The notes under the pieces: generated by a model
Told to the model about the DNA's origin: nothing
Databases searched by the model: none
What the model saw: only the letters and a program-made list of their open reading frames with translations
Assembly: GCA_025059045.1 (NCBI GenBank)
Contig: JANXEA010000013.1
Coordinates: forward strand, 33,896 to 97,895
Direction: 5' to 3'
Length of the DNA stretch: 64,000 nt
Origin: Candidatus Bathyarchaeota archaeon
GTDB taxonomy: Archaea; Thermoproteota; Bathyarchaeia; Bathyarchaeales; DTEX01
In this document: one piece after another, positions 19,418 through 28,637 of the stretch
Layout: each line of letters begins with the position of its first letter
Numbering within the stretch: the stretch's first letter is position 1
Made by a program: the position numbers and the translations under genes

Positions 19418-20260
19418 ATGAGCTTTCGGATAATGAGCAGGACTGAAAGTTCGATGACCTTCCTTGTGGAAGGCGTGTCGGCCCCTCTAGCGAATACTCT
19501 AAGGAGGATCATGCATTCAGAGGTTCCGACAATGGCCATAGACGATGTGGTGGTCATCGAAAATTCATCGGTTCTCCATGATGAGATCTTGGCTTTAAGG
19601 CTAGGCCTAATCCCGTTAAAGACAGATCTGGATGCTTATAATCTTCCTGAAGAATGTGAATGCAGAAGTGAACTTGGATGCAAGCTTTGCCGGGTGATCC
19701 TAACGCTTGACGTCCAGGCCGAAGGCTCTGTCAGAACAGTCTATTCGGGGGATCTGGTCTCTGAGGATCCAAGAATCATTCCTGTGAGTGACAGAATCCC
19801 CATAGTCAAGTTGGCTCCTGGTCAGAGGATTAGGCTTGAAGCATATGCGAAATTGGGTCGCGGAAAAGACCATGCCAAATGGCAGCCTGTCTCTGCATGT
19901 GTTTATAGGCATGTGCCCATAGTGGAAATAGATGGGAAGGTCTGCGATGCATGCGGAGCATGCGTTCAGGTTTGCCCCAAGAAAGTTCTGAAGAAGTATG
20001 GAAATAGTGTTGAAGTGGCGGATTTGATGAGCTGTACCTTATGCGAAGATTGTGTAAGAGCGTGTAAGAAGGATCCTTCCGCCATAAAAGTGATGAAGAA
20101 AGAAGATTCCTTCATCTTCTATATAGAAGGAACAGGCTCTCTCCCGATTGAGCGGATCCTAACCGAAGGTTTGAAGATTTATGAGAAAAAGTTTTCCGAA
20201 TTTGTTAAGAAGTTAATGGAGATTCAAAATGAGCCCCAAGAAGCGGTTGAGGAGCACTAA
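19418..20260 (+). CDS. rpoD: DNA-directed RNA polymerase subunit D (Rpo3) with Fe-S cluster domain
   Basis: 280 aa. N-terminal F.VEGV....ANTLRRIM..EVPT.AID.V....N.S...DE..A.RLGLIP, with an internal CDACGACVQVCP...CTLCEDCVRAC insertion. Confidence 0.9.
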   Translation: MSFRIMSRTESSMTFLVEGVSAPLANTLRRIMHSEVPTMAIDDVVVIENSSVLHDEILALRLGLIPLKTDLDAYNLPEECECRSELGCKLCRVILTLDVQAEGSVRTVYSGDLVSEDPRIIPVSDRIPIVKLAPGQRIRLEAYAKLGRGKDHAKWQPVSACVYRHVPIVEIDGKVCDACGACVQVCPKKVLKKYGNSVEVADLMSCTLCEDCVRACKKDPSAIKVMKKEDSFIFYIEGTGSLPIERILTEGLKIYEKKFSEFVKKLMEIQNEPQEAVEEH

Positions 20261-20600
20261 TCCGGAGCTTATAAACATCATTCGGTTGCTAGAGAAAAAA
20301 TCACGGGAGAATGATGCGCCAATCTGGAGAGATATAGCGGAAAGGCTCTCCAAACCGAGAAGGAGAAGAATAGCCGTAAATGTGAGTAGGATAAACCGTT
20401 ATGCCCTACCCGATGAGGAGGTAGTTGTGCCTGGAAAAGTCTTAGGAGCAGGAAAAATAACTCATCCAGTAAAAGTTGCAGCGCTCTCGTTCTCGGAGCA
20501 GGCAAGGCTGAAGATAATGGCTGCGAAGGGGAAATGCTTATCCATTCCGGAATTAATTGAGATGAACCCAAAAGGCTCAAGGGTAAGAATCATTGGGTGA
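20229..20600 (+). CDS. rpl18e: 50S ribosomal protein eL18 (L18e)
   Basis: 123 aa. TNPELINIIRLLEKKSRENDAPIWRDIAERLSKPRRRRIAVNVSRIN is typical L18e. It overlaps the rpoD 3' end by 32 nt. Confidence 0.85.
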   Translation: MSPKKRLRSTNPELINIIRLLEKKSRENDAPIWRDIAERLSKPRRRRIAVNVSRINRYALPDEEVVVPGKVLGAGKITHPVKVAALSFSEQARLKIMAAKGKCLSIPELIEMNPKGSRVRIIG

Positions 20601-20610
20601 AGTTGCATTG

Positions 20611-21054
20611 ATGGGGGAATCAGGAAAGGCTGAGGTTACGGTGATAGATGCTAAGGGTCTAATTCTTGGAAGAATGGCCAGCATAGTTGCTAAGAGGCTT
20701 CTTGCAGGCGAAAAAATAGTCATAGTTAATGCTGAAAAGGCGTTGATTTCTGGGAAAAAAGCGAGTATAATCGAGGAGTCGATGAAGTTTCTTGAGGTTG
20801 GGCATTATAGGAAAGGTCCAATTCACCCAAGAAGACCTGACACCATCGTCAAGAAGGTGATCCGCGGGATGCTTCCCCGGAAAAAGCCCCGGGGGATCCA
20901 GGCATTAAAGAGGTTAAGAGTATTTATCGGTGTCCCTCGAGAATTTGAAAATGTAGAAAGGGAAACTATCTCGGAGGCAGATGCGGGAAAGCTTAAATGT
21001 CCATATATTACGGTGTCTCAACTTTCGCAGAGTATCGGTTGGAAGGGAGAATAG
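20611..21054 (+). CDS. rpl13: 50S ribosomal protein uL13
   Basis: VIDAKGLILGRMASIVAKRLL.GEKIVIVNAEKA.ISG...H.....RPD.I.K..IRGMLP. The ATG at 20611 follows the rpl18e stop; the ORF-track TTG is at 20593. Confidence 0.9.
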   Translation: MGESGKAEVTVIDAKGLILGRMASIVAKRLLAGEKIVIVNAEKALISGKKASIIEESMKFLEVGHYRKGPIHPRRPDTIVKKVIRGMLPRKKPRGIQALKRLRVFIGVPREFENVERETISEADAGKLKCPYITVSQLSQSIGWKGE

Positions 21055-21056
21055 AT

Positions 21057-21467
21057 ATGCCCGAAGCGAAAAGAGTTCTGGTTATCAGCGGAAAACGTAA
21101 AACAGCCTTTGCAAAGGCGATAATAAGACCCGGAGTTGGGAGAGTCAAGATAAATAGGGTTCCACTGGAGATACTTAATCCTGAGGTTGCAAGGGAAAAG
21201 ATTCGTGAACCACTGTTGCTAGCGGAAGATGTCTTAAAAGGGGTGGACATCGACATTAGGACGAGGGGCGGCGGCTTCATGGGGCAGGCTGAAGCCGCCC
21301 GAATAGCTATTGCAAGGGGATTAGTGAAGTGGACGAAGAGTACACATCTAAGAAGCTTATTCATGAAGTATGACAGGACGCTCATTTCAGGAGACCCTAG
21401 GCAGAAGGAACCGAGGAAGTTCGGTGGGCCGGGTGCGCGAGCACGTGATCAGAAGAGCTATAGGTGA
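21057..21467 (+). CDS. rps9: 30S ribosomal protein uS9
   Basis: SGKRKTAFAKA.IRPG.GRVKINRVPLE...RGGG.MGQAEA.R.AIARGLV...DPR.KE.RK.GG.GAR...QKSYR. Internal ATG of ORF 20997-21467. Confidence 0.9.
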   Translation: MPEAKRVLVISGKRKTAFAKAIIRPGVGRVKINRVPLEILNPEVAREKIREPLLLAEDVLKGVDIDIRTRGGGFMGQAEAARIAIARGLVKWTKSTHLRSLFMKYDRTLISGDPRQKEPRKFGGPGARARDQKSYR

Positions 21468-21495
21468 CATGATCGCTGAAAGGAGATGAATGAAA

Positions 21496-21723
21496 ATGAT
21501 AATACCCGTGAGATGCTTTACCTGTGGAAAAGTCATAGGCGATAAATGGGAAGAATTTGCGAGGAGAGTTAAGGGTGGGGAGGCAGCTGGAAAAGTCCTT
21601 GACGAGCTTAAGATAAAGCGTTATTGCTGCCGCAGAATGCTTCTATCTCATGTCGACATTATTGATGAAATTATCAAATTTTACGATAAAACGATAATTG
21701 AGAGCAAGAGTAAAGAGGAGTGA
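21496..21723 (+). CDS. rpoN: DNA-directed RNA polymerase subunit N (Rpo10)
   Basis: [21 protein letters not shown]......[24 protein letters not shown] lies 10 nt upstream of the ATG at 21496; the ORF track starts at 21490. Confidence 0.85.
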   Translation: MIIPVRCFTCGKVIGDKWEEFARRVKGGEAAGKVLDELKIKRYCCRRMLLSHVDIIDEIIKFYDKTIIESKSKEE

Positions 21724-21728
21724 TGAAA

Positions 21729-22979
21729 ATGTCTACCGTGATTGAAGATGTGGTAGCACGCAAGATAATAAATAGTAGGGGAGACCCGACGATCGAGGTT
21801 GACGTCTTCACCGCTGAAGGGTTTGGCAGCGCTTCAGCGCCCAGCGGGGCAAGTACTGGACGAGCTGAAGCCATACCATTTCCTAGAGGCGGAGTTGACG
21901 AGGCAATTAAGAAGGTTGAAGAGATCATCGCGCCGGAGATTATTGGACTATACGCCGACGACCAGTATGAAGTAGATAAAATATTGCATGAAATTGACGG
22001 TACAGATAACTTCGCTAACATAGGGGGAAACACTGCCTTCGCGGTCTCACTCGCCGTGGCAGACGCGGCCGCAGATACTTATGGTCTTCCATTATTCCAG
22101 TATCTCGGAGGCTTTCTTGCCTCAAGTTTGCCGTACCCTCTTGGAAATGTTCTTGGCGGCGGAAAACATGCGCTTGGAAAGGCGACTGATATCCAAGAGT
22201 TTCTGGTTTTACCGGTCGGTGCGCCTTCCTTCGCTAGGGCGGTTGAAGCAAACGTGGCCGTCCACAAGAAATTGAGGGATATCCTGAAGAAGATTGATCC
22301 AACGTTTACTGGGGGAAAGGGGGATGAAGGAGCTTGGGCGCCAAACATCACAAATGATGAGGCGCTCGAAGCAGTGTTCACCGCATGTGAAGAGGTAAGC
22401 GAGGAGGTAGGTTTCTCTTGCAGAGCCGGTTTGGATTTCGCATCATCATCCCTTTGGGACCCGGAGAAGAAAGGATACGTCTATTCACGGGATGGGCTGA
22501 TTAGAAGTACGGAGGAGCAAATGGAATACGTCATCAGCCTGATTGAAAGATATAAGCTCGTCTATGTAGAAGACCCGTTCCATGAAGAAGACTTTGAAAG
22601 CTTCGAAAAACTAACCTCAAAAGTCAAGGACTGCCTTATCTGCGGCGACGACTTATTTGTGACCAATGTTGATAGGCTAAGGTTGGGTGCGGAAAGAAGG
22701 GCTGGTAACGCGATAATCATCAAGATGAACCAGGTTGGTACTTTATCTGACACATGGGAGACGACGAAATTTGCGAAGGACCATGGCTATGTTCCCGTGG
22801 TTTCTCATAGATCTGGAGAGACAACATCTACACATATTTCTCATTTGGCTGTTGCTTTTGATGCACCAGTAATTAAGACCGGGGTCATCGGAGGGGAAAG
22901 AGCAGCCAAGCTGAACGAGTTAATCCGCATTGAAGGGATTATTGGACCCAGAGCAATGATGGCAAGACTAAAAATCTAG
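21729..22979 (+). CDS. eno: Enolase (phosphopyruvate hydratase)
   Basis: ARKIINSRGDPTIEVDV...SAPSGASTG..EA......IKMNQVGTLS....SHRSGET. Confidence 0.95.
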   Translation: MSTVIEDVVARKIINSRGDPTIEVDVFTAEGFGSASAPSGASTGRAEAIPFPRGGVDEAIKKVEEIIAPEIIGLYADDQYEVDKILHEIDGTDNFANIGGNTAFAVSLAVADAAADTYGLPLFQYLGGFLASSLPYPLGNVLGGGKHALGKATDIQEFLVLPVGAPSFARAVEANVAVHKKLRDILKKIDPTFTGGKGDEGAWAPNITNDEALEAVFTACEEVSEEVGFSCRAGLDFASSSLWDPEKKGYVYSRDGLIRSTEEQMEYVISLIERYKLVYVEDPFHEEDFESFEKLTSKVKDCLICGDDLFVTNVDRLRLGAERRAGNAIIIKMNQVGTLSDTWETTKFAKDHGYVPVVSHRSGETTSTHISHLAVAFDAPVIKTGVIGGERAAKLNELIRIEGIIGPRAMMARLKI

Positions 22980-22993
22980 AGGAAGAGTGGGAA

Positions 22994-23641
22994 ATGGCTG
23001 AAAAGGAAGGCGAGGTTTCTCAACCAGCAGCTGAGGGACTACTGCTCCCCCAGGACGTAATGCTGTCCGCTGGCATCCATATAGGCACAAAAATAAAAAC
23101 AAAGGACATGGAGCAATTCATCTATAGAGTTAGAAGTGACGGATTATTTGTGTTGGACATAAAGAAGACGGATGAGCGGATTAGGACCGCGGCCAGGTTC
23201 CTGTCGCGTTTCGATCCTTCAAAGATAGCGGTGGTTGCGGCTAGATTATATGCGCAGGAGCCAGCCAAAAAGTTCTGCGAGGTCGTAGGCGCAATTCCGA
23301 TAACTGGTAGATTTGTCCCCGGAATGCTTGTCAACCCAGTCTATCCAAAACGTATAGAGCCGGATGTCATCTTGGTATCGGATCCTAGGGCAGACATCCA
23401 AGCCATTAAAGAAGCTTCAGCCTTGGGGATACCAGTTGTCGCCTTATGCAGCACGGACAACGACTTCGCAAACATTGATCTGGCGATACCAACAAATAAT
23501 AAGGGGCGGCGGGCTCTGGCCGTGATATATTGGCTCCTTGCCCGTCAGATTCTCCGTGAGAGAGGGGAGATTCCGCCTGACGGCAACATATCTCTCTCCA
23601 TAGAGGACTTTGAAGTGAAAATAACTGAGAAAACAGAATAA
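22994..23641 (+). CDS. rps2: 30S ribosomal protein uS2
   Basis: 215 aa. GIHIGT.....M..FIYRVRSDGL.VLDI.KT.ER......DPR.D.QAIKEA...GIPVVALC.TDN is the archaeal S2 pattern. Confidence 0.9.
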   Translation: MAEKEGEVSQPAAEGLLLPQDVMLSAGIHIGTKIKTKDMEQFIYRVRSDGLFVLDIKKTDERIRTAARFLSRFDPSKIAVVAARLYAQEPAKKFCEVVGAIPITGRFVPGMLVNPVYPKRIEPDVILVSDPRADIQAIKEASALGIPVVALCSTDNDFANIDLAIPTNNKGRRALAVIYWLLARQILRERGEIPPDGNISLSIEDFEVKITEKTE

Positions 23642-23747
23642 TGCTAATTTTCTACAAGCCTCTCTAATCTTTAAAGGCTTTTATATTCTTAGATAGACCA
23701 GAATAATTGATTCTGCATAGCTTCCTGATGCGGGGAGGAGATTCACT

Positions 23748-24602
23748 CTGGTAAAGAAGATTAGAAATGCATGCGTATCGGGTAGCTTCTATTCCGGGTC
23801 ACCGCAGTCCCTGAGAAGACAGATAGAAGAATGCTTCAAGCATGAGTTTGGACCCGGCAGCATTCCAACTGTCAATAAGGATGGGCCTAGAAGAATTGTA
23901 GGGTTGATGTCGCCGCATGCTGGATATATGTACTCTGGACCCGTGGCGGCCTACGCCTATCATCGTCTTGCCCTCGACGGATTAATAGAGGTTGCGGTAA
24001 TTCTTGGTCCGAACCATACTGGATTAGGAAGTGGAGTGGCTATGATGGAGGAGGGGGTTTGGCGCACACCTCTGGGGGACGTAGAAATTGATACAGGCTT
24101 GGCAAGGCAGATTAGGCGGGTATGCGGCATCATCGACATAGATGAATCGTCCCATATATATGAGCATTCAATCGAGGTTCAGCTCCCTTTTCTACAGTAT
24201 CTGTACGGGTCTTCATTCAAGATTGTTCCAATATGCTTTATGATGCAGGATCTTGAAACATGTAGAGATGTTGGAGAATCTTTGGCCGAATCCTTAAATG
24301 ATAGGAACGCTGTTGTGATTGCGTCCACCGACCTAACCCATTATGAACCGCAAAGGGTAGCGTATGGAAAGGACATGAAAGCCCTGAATGCCGCATTAAA
24401 ACTTGATGAGGAACTTTTCTACTCAATAATTCAGGAGAATAGGGTCTCAGCATGCGGGTATGGTCCTGTAACTGCTATGATTAGATCTGTGAAAAGAATG
24501 GGAGCGGGCAAAGCCGAATTATTGGCATACAAGACCAGCGGAGACATCACCGGGGACACATCAGCAGTTGTTGGATACGCTTCTATGGTATTCGAGAGAT
24601 AG
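23748..24602 (+). CDS. MEMO1-family protein (AmmeMemoRadiSam system protein B-like), apparently initiated at CUG
   Basis: The ORF-track product starts at 23904 (MSPHAGYMYSGPVAA...). The family-typical N-terminus IRNACVSGSFYSGSPQSLRRQIEECF is encoded in frame upstream with no ATG, GTG or TTG. The CTG at 23748 lies 7 nt after GGGGAGGAG. Confidence 0.72.
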   Translation: MVKKIRNACVSGSFYSGSPQSLRRQIEECFKHEFGPGSIPTVNKDGPRRIVGLMSPHAGYMYSGPVAAYAYHRLALDGLIEVAVILGPNHTGLGSGVAMMEEGVWRTPLGDVEIDTGLARQIRRVCGIIDIDESSHIYEHSIEVQLPFLQYLYGSSFKIVPICFMMQDLETCRDVGESLAESLNDRNAVVIASTDLTHYEPQRVAYGKDMKALNAALKLDEELFYSIIQENRVSACGYGPVTAMIRSVKRMGAGKAELLAYKTSGDITGDTSAVVGYASMVFER

Positions 24603-24628
24603 AGCAAACCTTCTAGGAAGTTACAGGG

Positions 24629-25612
24629 TTGAAAGAATCTGCATCCGCTTCTGCGCCTGGAAAAGTCATACTGTTCGGTGAGCACTTTGTTGTGTATGGA
24701 AAGCCGGCTTTGGCGACAGCTATCGATATGCGTGTGACCGTCAAGGCTAGGCCTAGAAGGGATGCAAGAATATTCGTCAATTCAATAGATGTGAAGGTTT
24801 CGGGGTACTGTGATGGTGATGTGATTCATATTTGTGATGGTGATTCAAAGGCTGGGCGGAAACTTGAGCCCATCTTCTCAGTGGTAAGGCACTTCCAAAA
24901 TGTGACTGGAAAATCCGGTGGGGTCGAATTAGAGATCAAATCGGAGATACCTGCCTCCTCTGGATTAGGCTCGTCTGCCGCGGTCTCTGTTGCCTCCGCA
25001 TCCGCGTTGGACCGTTTATTCAATACTGGATTGTCGAGGGATGAAATCCTCAAGATATCCATGGAGGCCGAGAAAATCGTTCACGGAAACCCTTCAGGGA
25101 TAGATCCCGCCGCATCCATTTACGGCGGGTTCATCTTGTATCAGAAGGGGAAAGGGGTCGAAAGGCTAGATTTAGACATTGACCTACCCATCATTATTGG
25201 GGATACTCAAATGGAAAGGTCGACTGGCGAAATGGTTAATCGTGTCTCTCAACTTAGAACTAGGTATCCCGCCCTTATAGACAAGATCGTATGCCTAGGT
25301 GAAGAGATTGTGACCCAAGCTCTCGAGGCCCTCAAGAATAGGAATCTTGAAGCCTTAGGCGAAATAATGAATATCAATCATTCCCTCCTAAATGCTATTG
25401 GCGTATCAAATATGCGGATCGAAAGGCTTGTTCAAGCCGCAAGAGACGCGGGGGCTCTGGGAGCTAAGCTGACAGGCGCAGGTGGCGGAGGATGCATAAT
25501 TGCTCTTGGTACCCGCGACAAAATTTCCGGCATTGCTGAGGCTATACAGAATGCTGGTGGAAGGCCCTACATAACCAAGAGATCAATGGATGGAGTGAGA
25601 TTTGAAGAGTAA
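24629..25612 (+). CDS. mvk: Mevalonate kinase
   Basis: GHMP kinase motifs: APGKVILFGEH.VVYG, IPASSGLGSSAAVSVA and KLTGAGGGGC. Confidence 0.9.
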   Translation: MKESASASAPGKVILFGEHFVVYGKPALATAIDMRVTVKARPRRDARIFVNSIDVKVSGYCDGDVIHICDGDSKAGRKLEPIFSVVRHFQNVTGKSGGVELEIKSEIPASSGLGSSAAVSVASASALDRLFNTGLSRDEILKISMEAEKIVHGNPSGIDPAASIYGGFILYQKGKGVERLDLDIDLPIIIGDTQMERSTGEMVNRVSQLRTRYPALIDKIVCLGEEIVTQALEALKNRNLEALGEIMNINHSLLNAIGVSNMRIERLVQAARDAGALGAKLTGAGGGGCIIALGTRDKISGIAEAIQNAGGRPYITKRSMDGVRFEE

Positions 25613-26405
25613 TCTCATAGTGTTGAAGCTCGGCGGATCCGTCTTAACCTTCAAGGAGAAACCTATGTCTCCTAACTTCGAATCAATCCGAAGACTGTCT
25701 AACGAGTTAGCTCGGGCCCTAAGCATGGGGTCAAAGAAGATAATCCTCATCCATGGCGGGGGAAGCTTCGGCCATCCGATTGCATGCCACTATAAAATTG
25801 CTGAGGGCTTCATCGAGAATGATCAGTTGTTCGGTTTCGCCGAGACACATGCGGCTATGCTCTCACTTAACCGTCTAATCTTGCAGGGTCTTCTCGATTC
25901 CGGTGTTCCCGCTTTAGGCATGGCGCCCTCCTCATTCATCATGACTAAGAAGGGTCGAATTCACCTATTCAATTATAGACCCCTGCTTAAGGCGCTTGAG
26001 ATGCGTTTGACTCCGGTTCTTTACGGTGACGCCGTACTTGATGTCCATCAGGGATTCTCGATACTTTCAGGCGATCAGATAGCGGCGCACATAGCCGTCA
26101 AATTTGGAGCTGAGAAGATGATAATGGGCGTAGATGTGGATGGACTGTATGATTCTGACCCTAAGTTGAACTCTGCGGCTCAACTAATAATACATGCCAC
26201 GGTTAAAGACCTTAAACGCATGTGCAAAACATCAGTTAGGGGGAGTTCTTTAGACGTGACCGGTGGGATGATGGGTAAAATACGTGAGCTTATTGAACCG
26301 GCGAACCGTGGTGTCCAGATCTTAATAGTTAACGCTTCGAAGCAAGGTAATATTGAGAAGGCATTGAAGGGGGAGGAAGTTATTGGAACAAAGATCACGA
26401 CGTAG
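25602..26405 (+). CDS. Isopentenyl phosphate kinase
   Basis: Amino-acid kinase fold: VLKLGGSVLTFK...ILIHGGGSFGH......SGD......DVDG.Y..DP. It sits between mvk and fni, as in archaeal mevalonate operons. Confidence 0.85.
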   Translation: MKSNLIVLKLGGSVLTFKEKPMSPNFESIRRLSNELARALSMGSKKIILIHGGGSFGHPIACHYKIAEGFIENDQLFGFAETHAAMLSLNRLILQGLLDSGVPALGMAPSSFIMTKKGRIHLFNYRPLLKALEMRLTPVLYGDAVLDVHQGFSILSGDQIAAHIAVKFGAEKMIMGVDVDGLYDSDPKLNSAAQLIIHATVKDLKRMCKTSVRGSSLDVTGGMMGKIRELIEPANRGVQILIVNASKQGNIEKALKGEEVIGTKITT

Positions 26406-27519
26406 GTTTGGGGATAAGGAAATCGTGGAACGAAAGGAGGAGCATATAGATATCTGCTTAAGAGAGGATGTCGAGGCAAGAAGGATGAGTGCAGGCTTCG
26501 ATGACGTCTTTCTGGTTCACAGGGCCGCGCCTGAGATAAACCTGAGCGACATTGATTTGTCAACGGTTTTTCTCGCGCATAAATTTTCAGCACCCATTTT
26601 CGTAGAAGCTATAACCGGGGGAACAGAAAACGCTGCGAAAATAAACGCCGCCATCGCAGAGGCGGTTGAAGATCTAAATATTGGGATGGGGGTTGGGAGC
26701 CAAAGAGCCGCCCTAGAAAAGTCTGAACTTGAAAGTACGTATAGGATTGCAAGGGAAAAGGCGCCAACGGCTTTTCTCGCCGCAAATATTGGCGCCTCAC
26801 AGATCTGCATGGAGGGTGGCGCAAGATTAGCGGAGAGGGCTGTGGAGATGATAGACGCTGATGCTCTCGTAATTCATCTCAATCCACTACAAGAATCGAT
26901 ACAACCTGAAGGCGAAGTAAACTACTCCGGAATACTTGGAAAAATAGATGAGATCTCTAGGGCATTAGATGTGCCGGTTATCGTGAAGGAGACTGGTGCC
27001 GGCATATCTGCGGAGGACGCGAGGAGGTTGAAGGGTGCTGGCGTCTCGGCTATAGATGTCGCTGGGGCTGGTGGAACAAGCTGGGCAGCTGTCGAATATT
27101 ATAGGGCGAAGAAACGTCAGAACCATCTTAGAGAGGAGCTTGGGATAAGTTTGTGGGATTGGGGGATACCAACAGTTGTCAGTCTAGTCGAGGTCTCGCA
27201 GTCAGTAGATTTACCCCTCATAGCGTCAGGAGGTATTAGGTCGGGGCTGGACGCGGCTAAATCGTTAGCTATAGGCGCGTCGCTAGCAGGGTTCGCTCTT
27301 CCAATACTTGAAGCAGCCTCGAAGGGCAGCGAGAATGTGAAGAGAAAGATCGCCCTCGTCATTCACGAATTAAGAACAGTAATGTTTCTTAGCGGCGCAT
27401 CAGACCTTGAAAAGCTGAGAAGCGTACCAATTGTGATAACTGGGAGGACAGCCGAATGGTTAAGAGCCAGAGGTTTCCAGATTGAAACATACGCTAGAAG
27501 AGGGGGATTAAGAGAATGA
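26383..27519 (+). CDS. fni: Isopentenyl-diphosphate delta-isomerase, type 2 (FMN-dependent)
   Basis: RKEEHIDICL, VGSQRAALE, VIVKETG.GIS, DVAGAGGTSWA.VE and ASGGIRSGLD.AK.LA.GA. Confidence 0.9.
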   Translation: MEQRSRRRFGDKEIVERKEEHIDICLREDVEARRMSAGFDDVFLVHRAAPEINLSDIDLSTVFLAHKFSAPIFVEAITGGTENAAKINAAIAEAVEDLNIGMGVGSQRAALEKSELESTYRIAREKAPTAFLAANIGASQICMEGGARLAERAVEMIDADALVIHLNPLQESIQPEGEVNYSGILGKIDEISRALDVPVIVKETGAGISAEDARRLKGAGVSAIDVAGAGGTSWAAVEYYRAKKRQNHLREELGISLWDWGIPTVVSLVEVSQSVDLPLIASGGIRSGLDAAKSLAIGASLAGFALPILEAASKGSENVKRKIALVIHELRTVMFLSGASDLEKLRSVPIVITGRTAEWLRARGFQIETYARRGGLRE

Positions 27520-28595
27520 GAACAGATGATGTGGAGAAGATACTCAGGGAGAAAGCAGAGATTATAGATAGGTGTATTGAAAAGTTTGTGCCAAGAGAGA
27601 TGACCGAAGCATATGTGCTTTCGATGATTAGGCCGCTTAGAGGCGACCTCGACCTCGTCGCCTTGAATGAAACGATATCCAAACCCTTCTGGGAGTTTCT
27701 TGATAGGGGAGGAAAACGTTGGAGAGCCACACTCTTCCTTATGGTGTGCGAAGCCTTAGGGGTCAGATCAGATGATTTCCTAGATCTGGCGGTCATCCCT
27801 GAGATAATTCATAATGGCACATTAATAGCGGATGATATAGAAGATTCGTCAAGTTTTAGGAGAGGCAAACCGTGCACTTATAAGATATTTGGATTAGACG
27901 TAGCCATAAACCTCTCAAACTTCATGTATTTTATCCCATTACTGGCGCTTAGGGAATATGAAAAGAAACTTTCCAATGAGAAGATTAAGAAGCTCTATGA
28001 GATCTACGTTCAGGAGATGGTTAACCTTAGCCTTGGGCAGGCGATAGACATAGCGTGGCATAGAGATCTGACCCCCAAGTTCAAAGTTTCTGAGAGGCAT
28101 TACATGCAGACCTGTGCCTTCAAGACTGGAACGTTAGCAAGGATGGCGGCGAAGATGGCGGCCGTGATCGCTGGTGTTGGTGACGAGGTTGTTGAGAAGA
28201 TTGGACGATTTGCAGAGTCTATTGGTATAGCATTCCAGATCCAAGATGACCTGCTAGACCTTACTGGACAAAGATTCGCCGAGGGGAAAGGTGGGTTGGG
28301 GATGGACATAACAGAGGGGAAGCTAAGCCTAATCATGATACATACTTTAGAGGTAGCGGAGGATGGTGATCGGAAAGAGCTTGAATGGATACTCAGGATG
28401 CATACAGAGGATGAACGCGAGAAGAGGAGGGCGATCTCGATAATCAATAAGTATGGGTCGATTGAATACGCCCGGAAAGTAGCGGCAAGGATCGTAGAGG
28501 AAAGCTGGAGTATGGTGGATGGGTTCCTCCCCCAATCGCCGGCTAAAGAGATGTTGAAAGCCTTAGCCCATTACCTAATTGAGAGGCAAGTGTGA
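27516..28595 (+). CDS. idsA: Polyprenyl (geranylgeranyl) diphosphate synthase
   Basis: Carries the first aspartate-rich motif (IADDIEDSS), the second (FQIQDDLLDL) and RGKP. Confidence 0.85.
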   Translation: MRTDDVEKILREKAEIIDRCIEKFVPREMTEAYVLSMIRPLRGDLDLVALNETISKPFWEFLDRGGKRWRATLFLMVCEALGVRSDDFLDLAVIPEIIHNGTLIADDIEDSSSFRRGKPCTYKIFGLDVAINLSNFMYFIPLLALREYEKKLSNEKIKKLYEIYVQEMVNLSLGQAIDIAWHRDLTPKFKVSERHYMQTCAFKTGTLARMAAKMAAVIAGVGDEVVEKIGRFAESIGIAFQIQDDLLDLTGQRFAEGKGGLGMDITEGKLSLIMIHTLEVAEDGDRKELEWILRMHTEDEREKRRAISIINKYGSIEYARKVAARIVEESWSMVDGFLPQSPAKEMLKALAHYLIERQV

Positions 28596-28637
28596 CGTGT
28601 CGAGTATCTGACGCTGATCATTTACAAACATGAATCT

